The translations under genes and the position numbers were made by a program. A stretch of 62,848 nucleotides of DNA, the filler included, from Stramenopiles sp. TOSAG23-3 (lineage: Eukaryota): the NCBI GenBank assembly GCA_900128585.1. It is 35 parts of 35 records of this genome, joined end to end, with 100 filler letters (N's around TTAATTAATTAA, not from the genome) between each part and the next. Parts side by side here need not be neighbours in the genome. Positions count along the whole stretch, not along the records: positions 1 to 7,413 come from LT643161.1; positions 7,514 to 14,900 come from LT643162.1; 33 more parts are not named here. One strand, given 5' to 3'. The notes below the pieces were generated by a model. That model saw nothing but the letters and a program-made list of their open reading frames with translations, had not been told where the DNA came from and did no database searches. Shown in pieces: positions 1-11,200 of this stretch (position 1 is its first letter; every line of letters begins with the position of its first letter).

Positions 1-525
1 TGCCCGCTTCGCAGTCGGATCCTTGTTCGGGTGCCCGTACACCAGCAACTGGACTATCCCAACCTTCCGCTCCGGGTTCGTCACCACTTCCAGGTGTGGC
101 TCGTTGAAGACGAGCTTTACTCGGTCGCACCCATCTAGACTGAGCTTGATCATTTTCTGCTCCCGCAGCCGATCCCCGTTCTTTGCCTTGAGGTCTTTGA
201 ACTCGACGGCGCCCAAGTACCCTAGTCTGGTGCGCATGTCCGGGTCCTCGTCGCTGTGAAAGCTCGCGAAAACGTCCATGGACGACGGGATCCAATGCTC
301 GTGCGCCAACACCCTAATCTCATCAATGTGGGACCCGGCCCGGGTCAGCTCTATCAAAATGTGCTGCGGGTACGTCGGGTTCGCCCCCGTCGCCCACCCT
401 TTCGTCGTCTCATGCTCTGGAATGGTAAAGCCCAGCAAACCACCCTGGTGCGTCGGAGAGTGCGACGAGGTGTCAATCACATTGTACCGCAAAACCCGGG
501 GCGGGTGATGGGACCGAAGGCTCAT
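1..525 (-). CDS. CEP104-like N-terminal jelly-roll domain protein (ciliary/centriolar), runs off the window edge
   Basis: Not in the ORF track. Manual translation from the ATG at 525: MSLRSHHPPRVLRYNVIDTSSHSPTHQ...KGWATGANPTYPQHILIEL...IDEIRVLAHEHWIPSSMDVF...RLGYLGAVEF...REQKMIKL...VKLVFNEPH...NPERKVGIVQLLVYG. This follows the CEP104 N-domain pattern GW..P(F/Y)PQ / LAHQY.I.S / RLGY / RELK / LKL.F..H / V.LV.I.I.G. Open for 175 codons. Confidence 0.72.
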   Translation of the reverse strand, partial: MSLRSHHPPRVLRYNVIDTSSHSPTHQGGLLGFTIPEHETTKGWATGANPTYPQHILIELTRAGSHIDEIRVLAHEHWIPSSMDVFASFHSDEDPDMRTRLGYLGAVEFKDLKAKNGDRLREQKMIKLSLDGCDRVKLVFNEPHLEVVTNPERKVGIVQLLVYGHPNKDPTAKRA

Positions 526-1446
526 CGTTCCTCGCAAGCCTTCAACGCGCACACCACTGCCACTCCAACATTTACCCGTGCGTGCGTACAGTATATAACT
601 CGATCAACAATACGGAATAATTAGATGATGATAACGTGGTGCGTGTGTAGGGGGGGGGGGGATAAAAGAAATGAAATATAATGAAACAATGTGAGTGAGA
701 TACATCTAAAAAATATGATCATCTTTTTTGAAATCATACTTGTGTTATTATTATTATAAAAAATGGACGGAAGAAAGAGAAAAGGTGAAGATTTATTAGG
801 GAAGTAAGGATATGTGTTTTATAGGAATAACAATGAAAGTCACTTTGAAATAATAATCCCATTTTAAATATAAGAATTTAGATGAAATCATTTATTATTT
901 TTTGATTAAAACTAAATAGAATTAAAAAAGTGATAACATATTATTAGATTATATAAACATAGGATAGATAATTAGTTATAAATACATTTCCTTAATCGTG
1001 GATTATTTTGTCTCTCTAGCCCTAGCTATATCTCTAATTCAATTACATAGGATTATTACGAAAGACGTTTTTCTATACTCTGTATACGAAAGTAAATAAT
1101 AAATAAACGAGGAGATGATGAAACCAAAAAATGAAACGAAAAACGTTATTTTTAGATTTTTTGTATTTCTCCTAGAAATTCATAAATTCGTTACTCCTCC
1201 ATTCATCATCATCAATCTTTCTTCTTCTTCACTTCTTCTACCGGCGTTTTTCATTATAAAAGAGATATTGATTTAATCAATGTGTTGATCGTTTTTTTCT
1301 TTGTTTTTTTCTTTCTTTCTATTTTTGGAGGGGATGGGATTTCATAACAAACCGAATCAAAAAGAGGAGGAAGTTTGCTAGACGACTAGCTTGCACACGT
1401 CCATTGTTTGCATCTTTTTTATTATTATTATTATAGATAGCAAGGC

Positions 1447-4400
1447 ATGATAAGTGGTCCGCGGGGTCCACCTCGGGGTCCGCCAAGAGGGATGCCAAGA
1501 GGGATGCCGCGTGGAGGGGTCGGGGGAGGCGGGCCACCAAGGGGGCGAGGCCCTCCTAGGGGGCGTCCCCGTGGGCCTCCAGGGGCTCGCGGTCCCCCGA
1601 TTCCTCGAGGGTCGACAGCAGCCCGAGGGCCGCCGCCAGAGCTGTTGAAAAAAGCACAAAAAATATCGTCCGGCACGCCCCCCGCGAGTGCCTCCGCGAT
1701 TAAGGTAGCGTTTCCGAAAGGCAGCCTTGGGCTAAGCCTTGCGTCTGCCAGCGGAGCTGTCGTGGTTAAGAGTGTAAAGCCAAAAAGCTTTGCAGAGACG
1801 AGCGGGGTGACGAGTGGGAAAATCATCGTCTCCGTCGATGGGCTCGACTGCAAAGGAATGGGTGTGGATAAAGTAATGAAGCTGCTCAAAACCAACAAGC
1901 GCCCATTACACATTGTATTCGGAAATCCCGGACGGGAGCAGGCCTCTCCTGCGGCTGCTTCTGCGGCTCCTGCTGCTGGACAGGGCGGCAGCCAGGACAA
2001 CGCAAAATTGAAATCAGTTCAGCAGGAAGTGCTGTCCTTGAAGAAGAGCTTGCAGGGGAAGGAAAAGCTACTGAAGGCCGAGCAAGCCAAAAATAAAAAG
2101 ATGGTTGGGGAGAACGAGAAATTGAAAAAAGAGGTCGAAAAGTTTGCCAAGCGGGCTAAAGGGGGGAAAAAGGGGGCCGCCGTGGAAAGGGACCAGCTCG
2201 ACGCGGAGCTCACAAAGGTAAAGAAGGAGTACAAAGAGTTGAAGGGCGACCACGAAGAGTTGCAGGAAGACTTTGAGGAGCTCAGGAAAGATTTTCAAAT
2301 GGTGCGGGAAGACAAAGACGCGGCCGTGAAGAAGAGTGAGGAAGCCGCGGGCGACACGTCGTCGGTTTTAATGACCATCGATGGCCTTCGTTCGTTGAGC
2401 AGGATATCGTTTGACGGGCTGAGAAAAATAGAAAATGCAGTCTTGATTGACCAGGGAAAGGTAAAGAAACCAAAGGACTGGGATGGGGCTACGCCAATAC
2501 AGCGTATCCGGACCTTGCAGAAAGACCTGCGCCAAGGATTGCACGGAATGAACGTGGACGTTTCAACGGACGAAGAGAAGGCCGCCATGGAACTGGTGCA
2601 AGGTGCGAGCGAGGAGCACAAAGAGGCCGCGGCGAAAATTCAAAAAATACAGCGCGGTCGCCAGGCACGAAGGGAGCTAACAGAAAAGCGGCAGAAGGAA
2701 ATAGAGCTACAGAAGAGAGAGGACCAGAACGCGGCGGCGCTGAAAAAAGGAAACCTTTCCGCCAAAGACAAAGAGAAACTGGAGAAGGAAAAGACCGCCC
2801 TGTTGGCAGAGCACGAGAAATTGAAAAAAGAGATGCAGTCAGAAAGGGTTCGTTTGCAGAGGGAGCACACCACCAAGCACAAAAAATTAAAAGAAGAGCT
2901 GGAGAGCCACAAAAGTCGCCACATGGCGCTGAAGAAGCAGCACATGGAGCACCAAGCGCGCCACGAAAAGGTACTCGCCGAGCACAAGGCAATGCAGGCA
3001 AACTTGACAAAGCAGCACAGTGCGAAAAAGAGGCAAGATGGTGCCCGCGTGAGCCAAGCGAACAAGAACCTGACGGAGGTTAGGAAAGAGTTGAAGTCTG
3101 CGAAAGAGGGTTTTGAAAAATCGCAGCAAGAGGTGACAAAGCTGCAAGGAAAGATTAAAGCCATGGGGCGCCGCATTAAGGCGCAGGAAAAGAGCAACGA
3201 GGAACTGAACCGCCGTCTGAAGGAGCAAATCGCACTCAAGCGCAAGGGCGGCCCAGACAATGGACCTAGTGACGGCAAAGAAGACGTTCAAGAACGGCCC
3301 CCGTCCACCAAAGAGACCAACGCCGCAGCGACCAAAGTGCAGGCGCACGTTCGCCGTCGCCAAACCCAACAGAACTACAACAAAAAGAAAGAGAGGCTGC
3401 GTTTCGAGAAGGACCGCAATAGCCTGGTGAAAAAAGCCCGTCGCTGCGACCAACTAGAGCAAGAAGTAAAACGGCTTCGAGACCGCGTGCTGACATTGCA
3501 AAAAGAGGGCGCCACCAGCTTCGCCCAAAAAACGTCCAGGCAGTCGAAGCAGCAGCAGCGCAGAAAAAAGCGGTACGCCGACCGCAACGATCTGATTGAG
3601 CCCGACAGCGACTACGACGATGAGGCGGAGGCCTTGCGGGACGCTCGAAACGAGGACCCCCCTAAAGCAAACCGCGGCAGAGGGGCGAAAGTTACTCGCC
3701 CGGAGAAGGAAATGATCGACCTAGAAACGTTTGATGCGATCGTTCAGGAGCTGGAGATGCTCCAAGCGGCGTACAACAGCGTGAAGAAAGACATGGGACA
3801 GGAGAAGAAAAAGTGCGTGCGTCTGCAAAGGCTCCGGGCCGCCGCAGAGGAGGAAGCCTCTGCGGTCCGGGACACCAACCATCAGCTGCAGCGTGACCTT
3901 GATGAAGAAAGGATGGCTGCTGCGGTGGCGGAGGAGGAACGCAAGATTCAAGACGAGGAGGACGAAGCGAGCGGGCGGAGAAGGTTCCGATCGAACGGCC
4001 CCATGCTGCCCGACATGAGTGAGCACTTGCACATGCAACTCAGGGCATCTGAAGACGGTCGGATGGCCGCCCTTCTGGAGCTTCAGCGCTTGAAGGCCCA
4101 GCTCGACTACCACAGAGACTCGGATGCTGAACAAAAGCTGAAGATATCGCAGTTGGAAGACCGGCTGAACGCGTTGCGGGAAGCAAAGCGAAGGACGGAA
4201 ATGCACACGTTGAAAGTGGAAGAGGCGTTGGAAGAGCAGGCCATCAACATCAGGTCAAGAAAGCGAGAAGTGGAATCGTTGAAGCGGCAGGTAGGGACCA
4301 TTCGGGAAACAACGCAGAGGGAGTCGAACAACCTCTTCGCAAACCTGAACATGCTGACCCAGCAGCAGCAAATGATCGCGGGAACGAGCAGCATGAGCCC

Positions 4401-4794
4401 TCGAATGGAGGTCGTACCGTACGCCACCTCGCCAAAAAACTACGGGCAACGTGCCCCTCCCCTGTCCAGCCCGGACATCCGTGTTCTAAACGAAGCCGAA
4501 GTTGGGACGTTGAGCGGCGGGGTTCAACGGTCTGGGTACGCCAGAATTCACATGAAACCAACCCAACCAACTTTAATTAGACAGTCCCCTGCCCCAAGGC
4601 GGGGAGGAAGGCGGCGAGGGGCGGGCCCAAAAGCAAACGTCAGCCCTTTGAGAAGCGGCGGCTACGGTCCAACTAGTCCAACTGCTGGCCTGCAAAAGAA
4701 TATACAGAACCATAAACGCGCTGGGAAAACAAAAGAAAGACCAAGCCCAACGAACCCACGGTCGAAAGGAATGCGGGGCGGAAAGAGACGGTAA
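1447..4794 (+). CDS. PDZ domain + IQ motifs + long coiled-coil protein with a Pro/Gly/Arg-rich N-terminus
   Basis: 1115-aa ORF. PDZ-like segment KVAFPKGSLGLSL...VVVKSV...AETSGVTSGKIIVSVDG...RPLHIVF. IQ motifs AAAKIQKIQRGRQARR and AATKVQAHVRRRQTQQ. E/K-rich heptads. Confidence 0.85.
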   Translation: MISGPRGPPRGPPRGMPRGMPRGGVGGGGPPRGRGPPRGRPRGPPGARGPPIPRGSTAARGPPPELLKKAQKISSGTPPASASAIKVAFPKGSLGLSLASASGAVVVKSVKPKSFAETSGVTSGKIIVSVDGLDCKGMGVDKVMKLLKTNKRPLHIVFGNPGREQASPAAASAAPAAGQGGSQDNAKLKSVQQEVLSLKKSLQGKEKLLKAEQAKNKKMVGENEKLKKEVEKFAKRAKGGKKGAAVERDQLDAELTKVKKEYKELKGDHEELQEDFEELRKDFQMVREDKDAAVKKSEEAAGDTSSVLMTIDGLRSLSRISFDGLRKIENAVLIDQGKVKKPKDWDGATPIQRIRTLQKDLRQGLHGMNVDVSTDEEKAAMELVQGASEEHKEAAAKIQKIQRGRQARRELTEKRQKEIELQKREDQNAAALKKGNLSAKDKEKLEKEKTALLAEHEKLKKEMQSERVRLQREHTTKHKKLKEELESHKSRHMALKKQHMEHQARHEKVLAEHKAMQANLTKQHSAKKRQDGARVSQANKNLTEVRKELKSAKEGFEKSQQEVTKLQGKIKAMGRRIKAQEKSNEELNRRLKEQIALKRKGGPDNGPSDGKEDVQERPPSTKETNAAATKVQAHVRRRQTQQNYNKKKERLRFEKDRNSLVKKARRCDQLEQEVKRLRDRVLTLQKEGATSFAQKTSRQSKQQQRRKKRYADRNDLIEPDSDYDDEAEALRDARNEDPPKANRGRGAKVTRPEKEMIDLETFDAIVQELEMLQAAYNSVKKDMGQEKKKCVRLQRLRAAAEEEASAVRDTNHQLQRDLDEERMAAAVAEEERKIQDEEDEASGRRRFRSNGPMLPDMSEHLHMQLRASEDGRMAALLELQRLKAQLDYHRDSDAEQKLKISQLEDRLNALREAKRRTEMHTLKVEEALEEQAINIRSRKREVESLKRQVGTIRETTQRESNNLFANLNMLTQQQQMIAGTSSMSPRMEVVPYATSPKNYGQRAPPLSSPDIRVLNEAEVGTLSGGVQRSGYARIHMKPTQPTLIRQSPAPRRGGRRRGAGPKANVSPLRSGGYGPTSPTAGLQKNIQNHKRAGKTKERPSPTNPRSKGMRGGKRR

Positions 4795-4919
4795 AAAATT
4801 TAATATTTCCTGTTGAGATACGTACGAAGTACAAATTAAAATACCATAAAGAATTAACCTAAACTTCATTTTGTACAGATATCATATGTTATTACATATC
4901 GTTTGGTGTGCCGAAACAT

Positions 4920-5792
4920 TCATGTCTTTGGGGTTGGCACCGGCTCTGGTTGAGGGACAAAGTTCTCGGGAAGACCGGTACAAGATACAACTCCACTCCG
5001 ACAATATTTTGTGGCACACGTTATACAAGCGGGGGACGAGGTGTCTTTCAAGCAAGGCTCCCCGTGTGACAACGCGCATTTGTCGACAGTACAGCTTGTA
5101 AGAGCCCCGAAACAATTCGCACATCCCTGCGAAATTTTGAAAGCCTTTTGGATGCAATCTGCTGTGCAACTTCCAACACCGAGGCAAGACGCGCCGCATT
5201 TACCAGTCACTGGAACCCATTGCGAGCGATAATGTGACATGAGGCCAGCGTCGATATCGCTGCACGCACCCTTTCCGTGGTCTCGTCGCCTTTCTAAGTA
5301 CACCGGCCTTCCCATCGTTTTCTTAAACTCTGCATCAACCCCAAAAACCGCGACTTTCAGAACGTTTGCTTTTGCCGCCAGCGGGGAAGGAAAGGTGTAC
5401 GCATTTCCAAACACAGGAACGATCTCTAACGGCGCAGCTTTGGCTAGTTTCAACGTGCTGTTCAAAAACGTGTATGCAACTCCGTACCACAAAAACAAAG
5501 AATCGTTCTTACTCTCCCATTGCAGGCTGAGCTGTCCTGCTTCCAACGGAACCCACGCGGATACCGAAGGGGCGGCCCTTGCCGTCGCCGAAGAGGAGCT
5601 TTCACTCGGGTACTCGGCAAAGTCCATCTGAAAGTACAAAAGTATCCCTAAAGCGAGTGAACAAAGTAGAAGAACCACGTTAAAGAAAATGGACACCTTG
5701 TACGAGCATATATTGTTTCTTCGCGTCTTCCCCGCGGACGTAATGTTTCCACCCTCACCATCATCGTCCACTAGTTCATACCGCCGTTCCAT
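4920..5792 (-). CDS. Single-pass membrane protein with a C-terminal CxxxC-repeat cysteine-rich domain
   Basis: First ATG at 5792 (MERRYELV). TM segment IFFNVVLLLCSLALGILLYF. C-terminal CGASCLGVGSCTADCIQK...GCANCFGALTSCTVDKC...CITCATKYC...SCTGLP. Confidence 0.75.
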   Translation of the reverse strand: MERRYELVDDDGEGGNITSAGKTRRNNICSYKVSIFFNVVLLLCSLALGILLYFQMDFAEYPSESSSSATARAAPSVSAWVPLEAGQLSLQWESKNDSLFLWYGVAYTFLNSTLKLAKAAPLEIVPVFGNAYTFPSPLAAKANVLKVAVFGVDAEFKKTMGRPVYLERRRDHGKGACSDIDAGLMSHYRSQWVPVTGKCGASCLGVGSCTADCIQKAFKISQGCANCFGALTSCTVDKCALSHGEPCLKDTSSPACITCATKYCRSGVVSCTGLPENFVPQPEPVPTPKT

Positions 5793-6453
5793 CTTGCCAA
5801 CAAACAACCTTCTCTTGAGACGCGTTACGATTCACAACTCATAACCCTTCCTTGGTTCTTGAAACGAATGAAAAATAAATGAACTAATGAAAACGTCAAA
5901 CTGTTCATCGCGAGGGGAAATACTACAGTTTACACCACAGTCCTCCATCGTCTATCTTTATATTATTATTACATTATTAGTCGCGTCCGTTTTCTTCTTC
6001 TATTTTAAAAAATTTTATTTTTTATTATAATTATATTTATACCCTTGTTTTGGTAGAGGAGGAGGAGGAGTAGTAAAAAAGAAGAAAGAAGAAGAAGAAG
6101 ACGACGGCCTCTTCTTCTCTCTTCTCTCTCGCGGATCTTCTCGCTCCTCGGCGGCGGCTCGGCGGCTCGGCGGGCGCTCGCGGGGGGCGGAGAGCGGAGA
6201 GCGGAGGAGAGAAGAGGACGATATATGGTGGAGGAAGCTTGTTGTTGTTGTTGAGGAGAGATATTTTAATAAACAACTCGCTTTATATAATCCATCTGTG
6301 TATCTGTGTAGAGTGATTATAAAAAACTTGAGAAAGAAAGTTAAAGAAATTAACAGTTATATCTGGTGATTTTCAGTAGACTTGTTTTCATTTGTTTGAA
6401 GTTTGTGGTTTATTTTACCTACGTATATATACGACGACGACGTACACATATAC

Positions 6454-7389
6454 ATGGCGACGTTTGTAACAGAGGATAAGGAGGATGGTGAGGTAGAAAA
6501 GGTTGCTGCAGTGACCTCGCTAAAGGTGGCTTCGGGTGATTCTGCGCCAGGGCCGGGCAGCACGCCGTCGGTAGCCGGGCAAGTGTTTAGTTCTGCAACG
6601 CTTGCTAACATCAAAGAAAAGATTTTAGAAGTGCAGCAACAAGTAGGAAAAGAGGAACAGCAAATAGCTGCGGACGAACGAAAAAGAACTTTCGACGACA
6701 CCCCGCCCAACAGAGGTTACTTGCTTGAACCGGAGCCCTACGAGGCCGACTCTGAAGAGGACGAAGAGTCCCTTAAGCAAGCAAACTATTTCGACAACTG
6801 GGACTCGTACGAAGCGTTCAAGTGTGTGAACGTTCTAAAGCAGAACGTCGGCGTTATTAGAGACGAAATGAACGCTGTAAAGGACTGGCGGCCGTGGCCA
6901 GAAAAGAACCTGTACGGGCGTCGGAAAAAGTGGAACGTGTTCCCTTTCCTGCACACTTTTCCAGCGACAGACCCAGAAAAATCGACGTGGGTGGAGCGTT
7001 TCTGTGATCAGTGTCCCAAAACTGTACAATTGTTGAAGGGTTTGCCCGGCATTCGCACGGCGTTACTATCGCGCATGGGGCCGGGCACGGTCCTTGCCCC
7101 TCACCGGGGATGGGCGGACCTGGCAAACCACGTCTTGCGCTTCCATTTGGCTTTAGAGGTGCCAGGAAAAAAAGGTTGTGGGCTCTGGGTTAGGGGAGAA
7201 AAACGGTTCCATGCCGAAGGCGAAATCATATGCTTTGACGATAGCAAGCTCCACAAAGCTTTTAACCTGGCCGAGCAGGAGCGCACGGTGCTTATTTTTG
7301 ATATGATGAGGCCCGAGGGGATCCCTCTCGGAACGGCCAAGAAAGGCCACACCGATCAACTGGACGACTTTATTGCTTGGTTTCAGTGA
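6454..7389 (+). CDS. Aspartyl/asparaginyl beta-hydroxylase domain protein (2OG-Fe(II) oxygenase)
   Basis: Motifs ALLSRMGPGTVLAPHRG...LRFHLALEVP...FDDSKLHKAFN...RTVLIFD. First ATG at 6454. Confidence 0.88.
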   Translation: MATFVTEDKEDGEVEKVAAVTSLKVASGDSAPGPGSTPSVAGQVFSSATLANIKEKILEVQQQVGKEEQQIAADERKRTFDDTPPNRGYLLEPEPYEADSEEDEESLKQANYFDNWDSYEAFKCVNVLKQNVGVIRDEMNAVKDWRPWPEKNLYGRRKKWNVFPFLHTFPATDPEKSTWVERFCDQCPKTVQLLKGLPGIRTALLSRMGPGTVLAPHRGWADLANHVLRFHLALEVPGKKGCGLWVRGEKRFHAEGEIICFDDSKLHKAFNLAEQERTVLIFDMMRPEGIPLGTAKKGHTDQLDDFIAWFQ

Positions 7390-7413
7390 GTAAAATAATA
7401 TCATATGGTCTCT

Positions 7414-7513
7414 NNNNNNNNNNNNNNNNNNNNNNNNNNNNNNNNNNNNNNNNNNNNTTAATTAATTAANNNNNNNNNNNNNNNNNNNNNNNNNNNNNNN
7501 NNNNNNNNNNNNN
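7414..7513. other. Artificial contig-joining linker N44-TTAATTAATTAA-N44 (first of 34)
   Basis: Identical 100-bp blocks start at 7414, 14901, 22379, 23649, 24918, 26187, 27456, 28725, 29994, 31263, 32531, 33798, 35065, 36332, 37599, 38864, 40129, 41394, 42658, 43922, 45186, 46449, 47712, 48975, 50238, 51501, 52763, 54025, 55287, 56548, 57809, 59070, 60330 and 61590. The palindromic core gives stops in all six frames. Confidence 0.98.
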
Positions 7514-7616
7514 CTTCTTTCTTCTTCTTTCTTCTTCTTTCTTCTTCTTCTTCCTTCTTCATCTTCTTCTTCTTCTTCTTCTTCTTCTTCTTTTCTTCTT
7601 CTTTTCTTCTTTTTTT
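7514..7616. repeat. (CTT)n/(CTTT)n microsatellite at contig start
   Basis: Direct reading. Confidence 0.9.
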
Positions 7617-7843
7617 GGTATAAGACTCTCAATAATACACATTAAAATCATGAAACATTTCGTATGATGTTTGAAATGGTAGAAGCGGACGGACGGGAGA
7701 AGAGCGAAATGAGACGAAGTATTTATATCAACTCTGAGTATTTGGCGACGGCAGAATTTAACGGATATATATATTTAGTGTATTTGCGCGCTGAATTTTT
7801 GTGCACGAACTGGAACTGTTAAAACAAATATTGTTAAAAAGTA

Positions 7844-8137
7844 ATGGAAACCACTGTGCGCTCTGCGCTCCGGGTTATTTTGAGGAATAGAAAATTGTCC
7901 GTACCGAAGCGTGCGGCTGTAGTACAACAGTTCCGGGCATCAGGGGAGGAGATGAATGAAGCAAAGCTGCTTCAAATGAGGCAGGTTGCATTAGATTATG
8001 CAGAGCTTTTGAGTGCTGTTGATGAGAAAGAAAGGCACATAAACTTGGATATGGGGGCAGAAAGACAACTCGATGGGAAAGAGCTAGTCCGCCGTGCGGC
8101 GAGAAGGGTAGGGTTGAACCCTGCGGAAGATGTTTGA
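7844..8137 (+). CDS. FMC1: FMC1-like mitochondrial ATP synthase assembly factor (LYR family)
   Basis: 97 aa. Contains QQFR, ALDYAELLSAV and C-terminal ELVRRAARRVGLNP, matching the FMC1 'V...ARRVGL.LP' ending. Confidence 0.65.
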   Translation: METTVRSALRVILRNRKLSVPKRAAVVQQFRASGEEMNEAKLLQMRQVALDYAELLSAVDEKERHINLDMGAERQLDGKELVRRAARRVGLNPAEDV

Positions 8138-8257
8138 GGAGAATTCCAGCAGTTGAAAAAATGTTGTATAAGGTCTTGTGCGAAGAGTAAGAATACTAAT
8201 ATAAAATCTGAATTAAGCTTACTATTACTCCGTACGTACATTTGTTCTAAAAGCAAT

Positions 8258-11200
8258 TTACACGCTATGATGAAGGTTTAAAGATTTCTCTGCTCCTCCT
8301 CCTTCACTCTCGTCCGGGTCCAGCAATCCGTTGCTTCGAGCAATCTCCTCAGGCAGAAACGTCTCGACAGCAAGATGGATCGAACCATCCAAAATAGCGG
8401 CACTACAAAATAAATCTAGGATACTGTCATTTTCCAATGAAATTGTTCTACAAAACATAAACAAAGCATGGTGTAAGTCCTCACATACAGTCCCTGCTTC
8501 CAGATCATCCATTAGTATCCCTCTATTCTCTTTCAGCAAACATGAGAGAAGACTCCCAACGTTGGGGTTGGTCAATGGTTCCATTGACCCAACAATCCGC
8601 CTAGCACGCTTGTCGGAGTACTTGTCTTCAATTCTAAGGATATTCCATAGCAATAAGAAAGACCCAATAACTGAGGAGGCAATGTCCAAACCCTCTATAG
8701 TGTGCAACAAACGACAGATAATATATTCGCCCGCATTCAAGTCCCAGTAGTACCCATCCTCGCTCAAAGCTACGGCCATCTGAATCAAACAGTTTTGGTT
8801 CCATGCAGGGTCAAATACAAAGCGCATGTTTTCATTCATAAAATAATGTAAATATATTTCTTCGGCAGCCATGTCGGAAAAAATAATTAAAAATGTCCCG
8901 ATCTTCAACCACTCCAAGCTGTCGGGGGGATACTCTATTTCTGGCAAGCGCATCTTTCGCGTAAGGACGGAGATTAGCTCGAAGATGGGAACAAGGTTTG
9001 CCTCCATATCATGGACACGCGATTCCATACGGGGCAACTTGACTAAGTTTGAACCTTCATCAACATCCGGAGCTTCTTCATTTAATGTAATGTTGATACA
9101 ACGAATCAGTACATGCTGAGAATTAACTATGTTGAGAAGCTCAATCTGTTTCATTACAGGCACCTCAGGGGATTGCAATATATACGCTAGACATTCAAAG
9201 TACTCATCGAAATTCTTCCAGCAATGCTGGCTTGCGAATTCCAAGCAAGTAACGTATTGTGCGACGAAATTTCCAACAACGGACCGGCTCTGTTTTAATT
9301 TTTCAATATCTTCAGGAGCCCGTTTAAATGTTTTGTCCGCTGCACTTGCGTTTGAATCTTCACCGTCGCCCCCTTTGCTTTGCGAGTCGTCCTCGGTCAC
9401 CCGGCCTGCAGAAGGTTCTTCTACCGCAGACTCGTCTGAAGCAGAGTCGCTCGCAGCCGAATCATCAACCGCACAGTCACTCGCAGCCGAATCATCAAGT
9501 TCGGGCTCATCACCATTTTCACGAGGAGCAGACTTGCCCACATCCCCAGCGATTTTCGGTTTTGAGACCTCAGAATTTCCCTCCTCTACCCCCTCGTCAT
9601 ATGCGTTTTGCGTGTCCTCCCAAGAGTCGTTCTCATCGGAGTAATTCGCACCTAGAACGAACTCTTCATCACTACCGTTGTCCGAGAATTCAGCACTATC
9701 GTCATTTTCAGCGTTATTAAACCTCGCGTCTACAAAATTAATCAAAGGTATTGATTCATGCTCTTCTCCAGGTGGTCGCCTTACTGTGTCAGCAGGCAAA
9801 AACGCGTAGTTTGGGTAACTTAAATACGTCACTACAGAGCATGCTATTAACTTTGCAAGGAGTTGCCGTGATGCCCTAACCGAGCAACGCAACAAATGAA
9901 TCTCTATGTACCGTTCTTCGCACAGCAGCCCCATGAGATATTCGTTGCACTCTCTGCTCTCTTTTATCGTCTCGCGAAGGCTTTTCATCAGCACTGCTCC
10001 TAAATTCGAATCCTCATTGTGTTTAGCATGCAAAAATATATTAAAAAAGTAATTCACCGCAGCTTTAAACATTTCAAGGGTAGAGGTGCCTCTTCCCTTA
10101 CAGTGAGACATGAAATGGCCAAATTGTTCGTCGAACAAAGTGCATAACTTACAAAACTCAACGTTGTCCAGGTTCACTTCGCCCAGCACTGCCGTAGAAA
10201 TGTTTGGTTCCGGGGCTTGATCGTTCGAGAGGGCGGCAGCCAAAGGTTTCTGGTGCATTCTCTTTTTTTTTAACCGTTGCTCAGTTGCAAACGCAGACCG
10301 TGCGTCTCTGGTCGCTCCTTCGTTGGTAATGTTATCAACCCTTTCGTAGAACAGCATGAATGCGTTTTTTTCAATAGGTAGCCGAATATTCTGTTTGCCC
10401 CCACTACCTTTGAACGACTGGACGAAATATCCACCGTAACACTCTTCTGCTAAACGAGACAACTCAAACGGCTCTACAATATCATCGTTGAACTCGTACC
10501 AAGAATTCTGAGCGGACCTGTCCTTGGAAAAGGAATAGTAATGTCCAGCATTTGCAGTGCCAGAGTGGACGATGACGCCACACAGTCTATAATTTGTTAC
10601 CATGCTCTCGTCTTGCGTATTTGTCATGTAGGGGCGCATATCCAACTCGATCGGAAATTTATAGTAGTCGTTCAATTTTACTTTCTGGAAGGTGTCGTAA
10701 TTCAATTCGAACCGCTTGAGGTGCAAGATCAATGTCGGTGGCAGCGACTTGATCCTCAAGCGCTTAATTGCACGGACCTTTGATTCACTGTCTTCATCAT
10801 AGTACGCATTTTCCCCTTCCAGCATTTCGTCCACTATCATATGCTCAAAGGACCCCTGCAAATGCTCTTGGCCTTTTACAGTAAGTTGAAGGTGATAAAA
10901 CGCTTCCGTTCTTTCTTTTATTCGTTGTTCAGGGCCATCCAACAAAACAATCTGGTGTGCAAATTCACCAGCGAAACATTCACGAACCAAGTTGAAGTCG
11001 GTCCCTACAGTTTTCTTCTTCTTTTCGGGATCCGAAATCTTCTGCTGTTCAATAGTGACGCCAGCATACTTCAGGGCGCACTCTATTTTGTCAGCAAAGA
11101 TACTAAAAAATTCACACGCATCGTTCTGGTCAAAAACTGGGCTGTCCAGCATAAAAAATCCGTCTGGTTTGTTTCGACACGCATTAACGAATGATACAGG

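Noticed and set aside
6040-6260. 79-aa ORF over a GC-rich patch between divergent genes
   Set aside because: It is simple-repeat sequence (GGA, GAA, CGG, TTG), more likely promoter DNA than coding.
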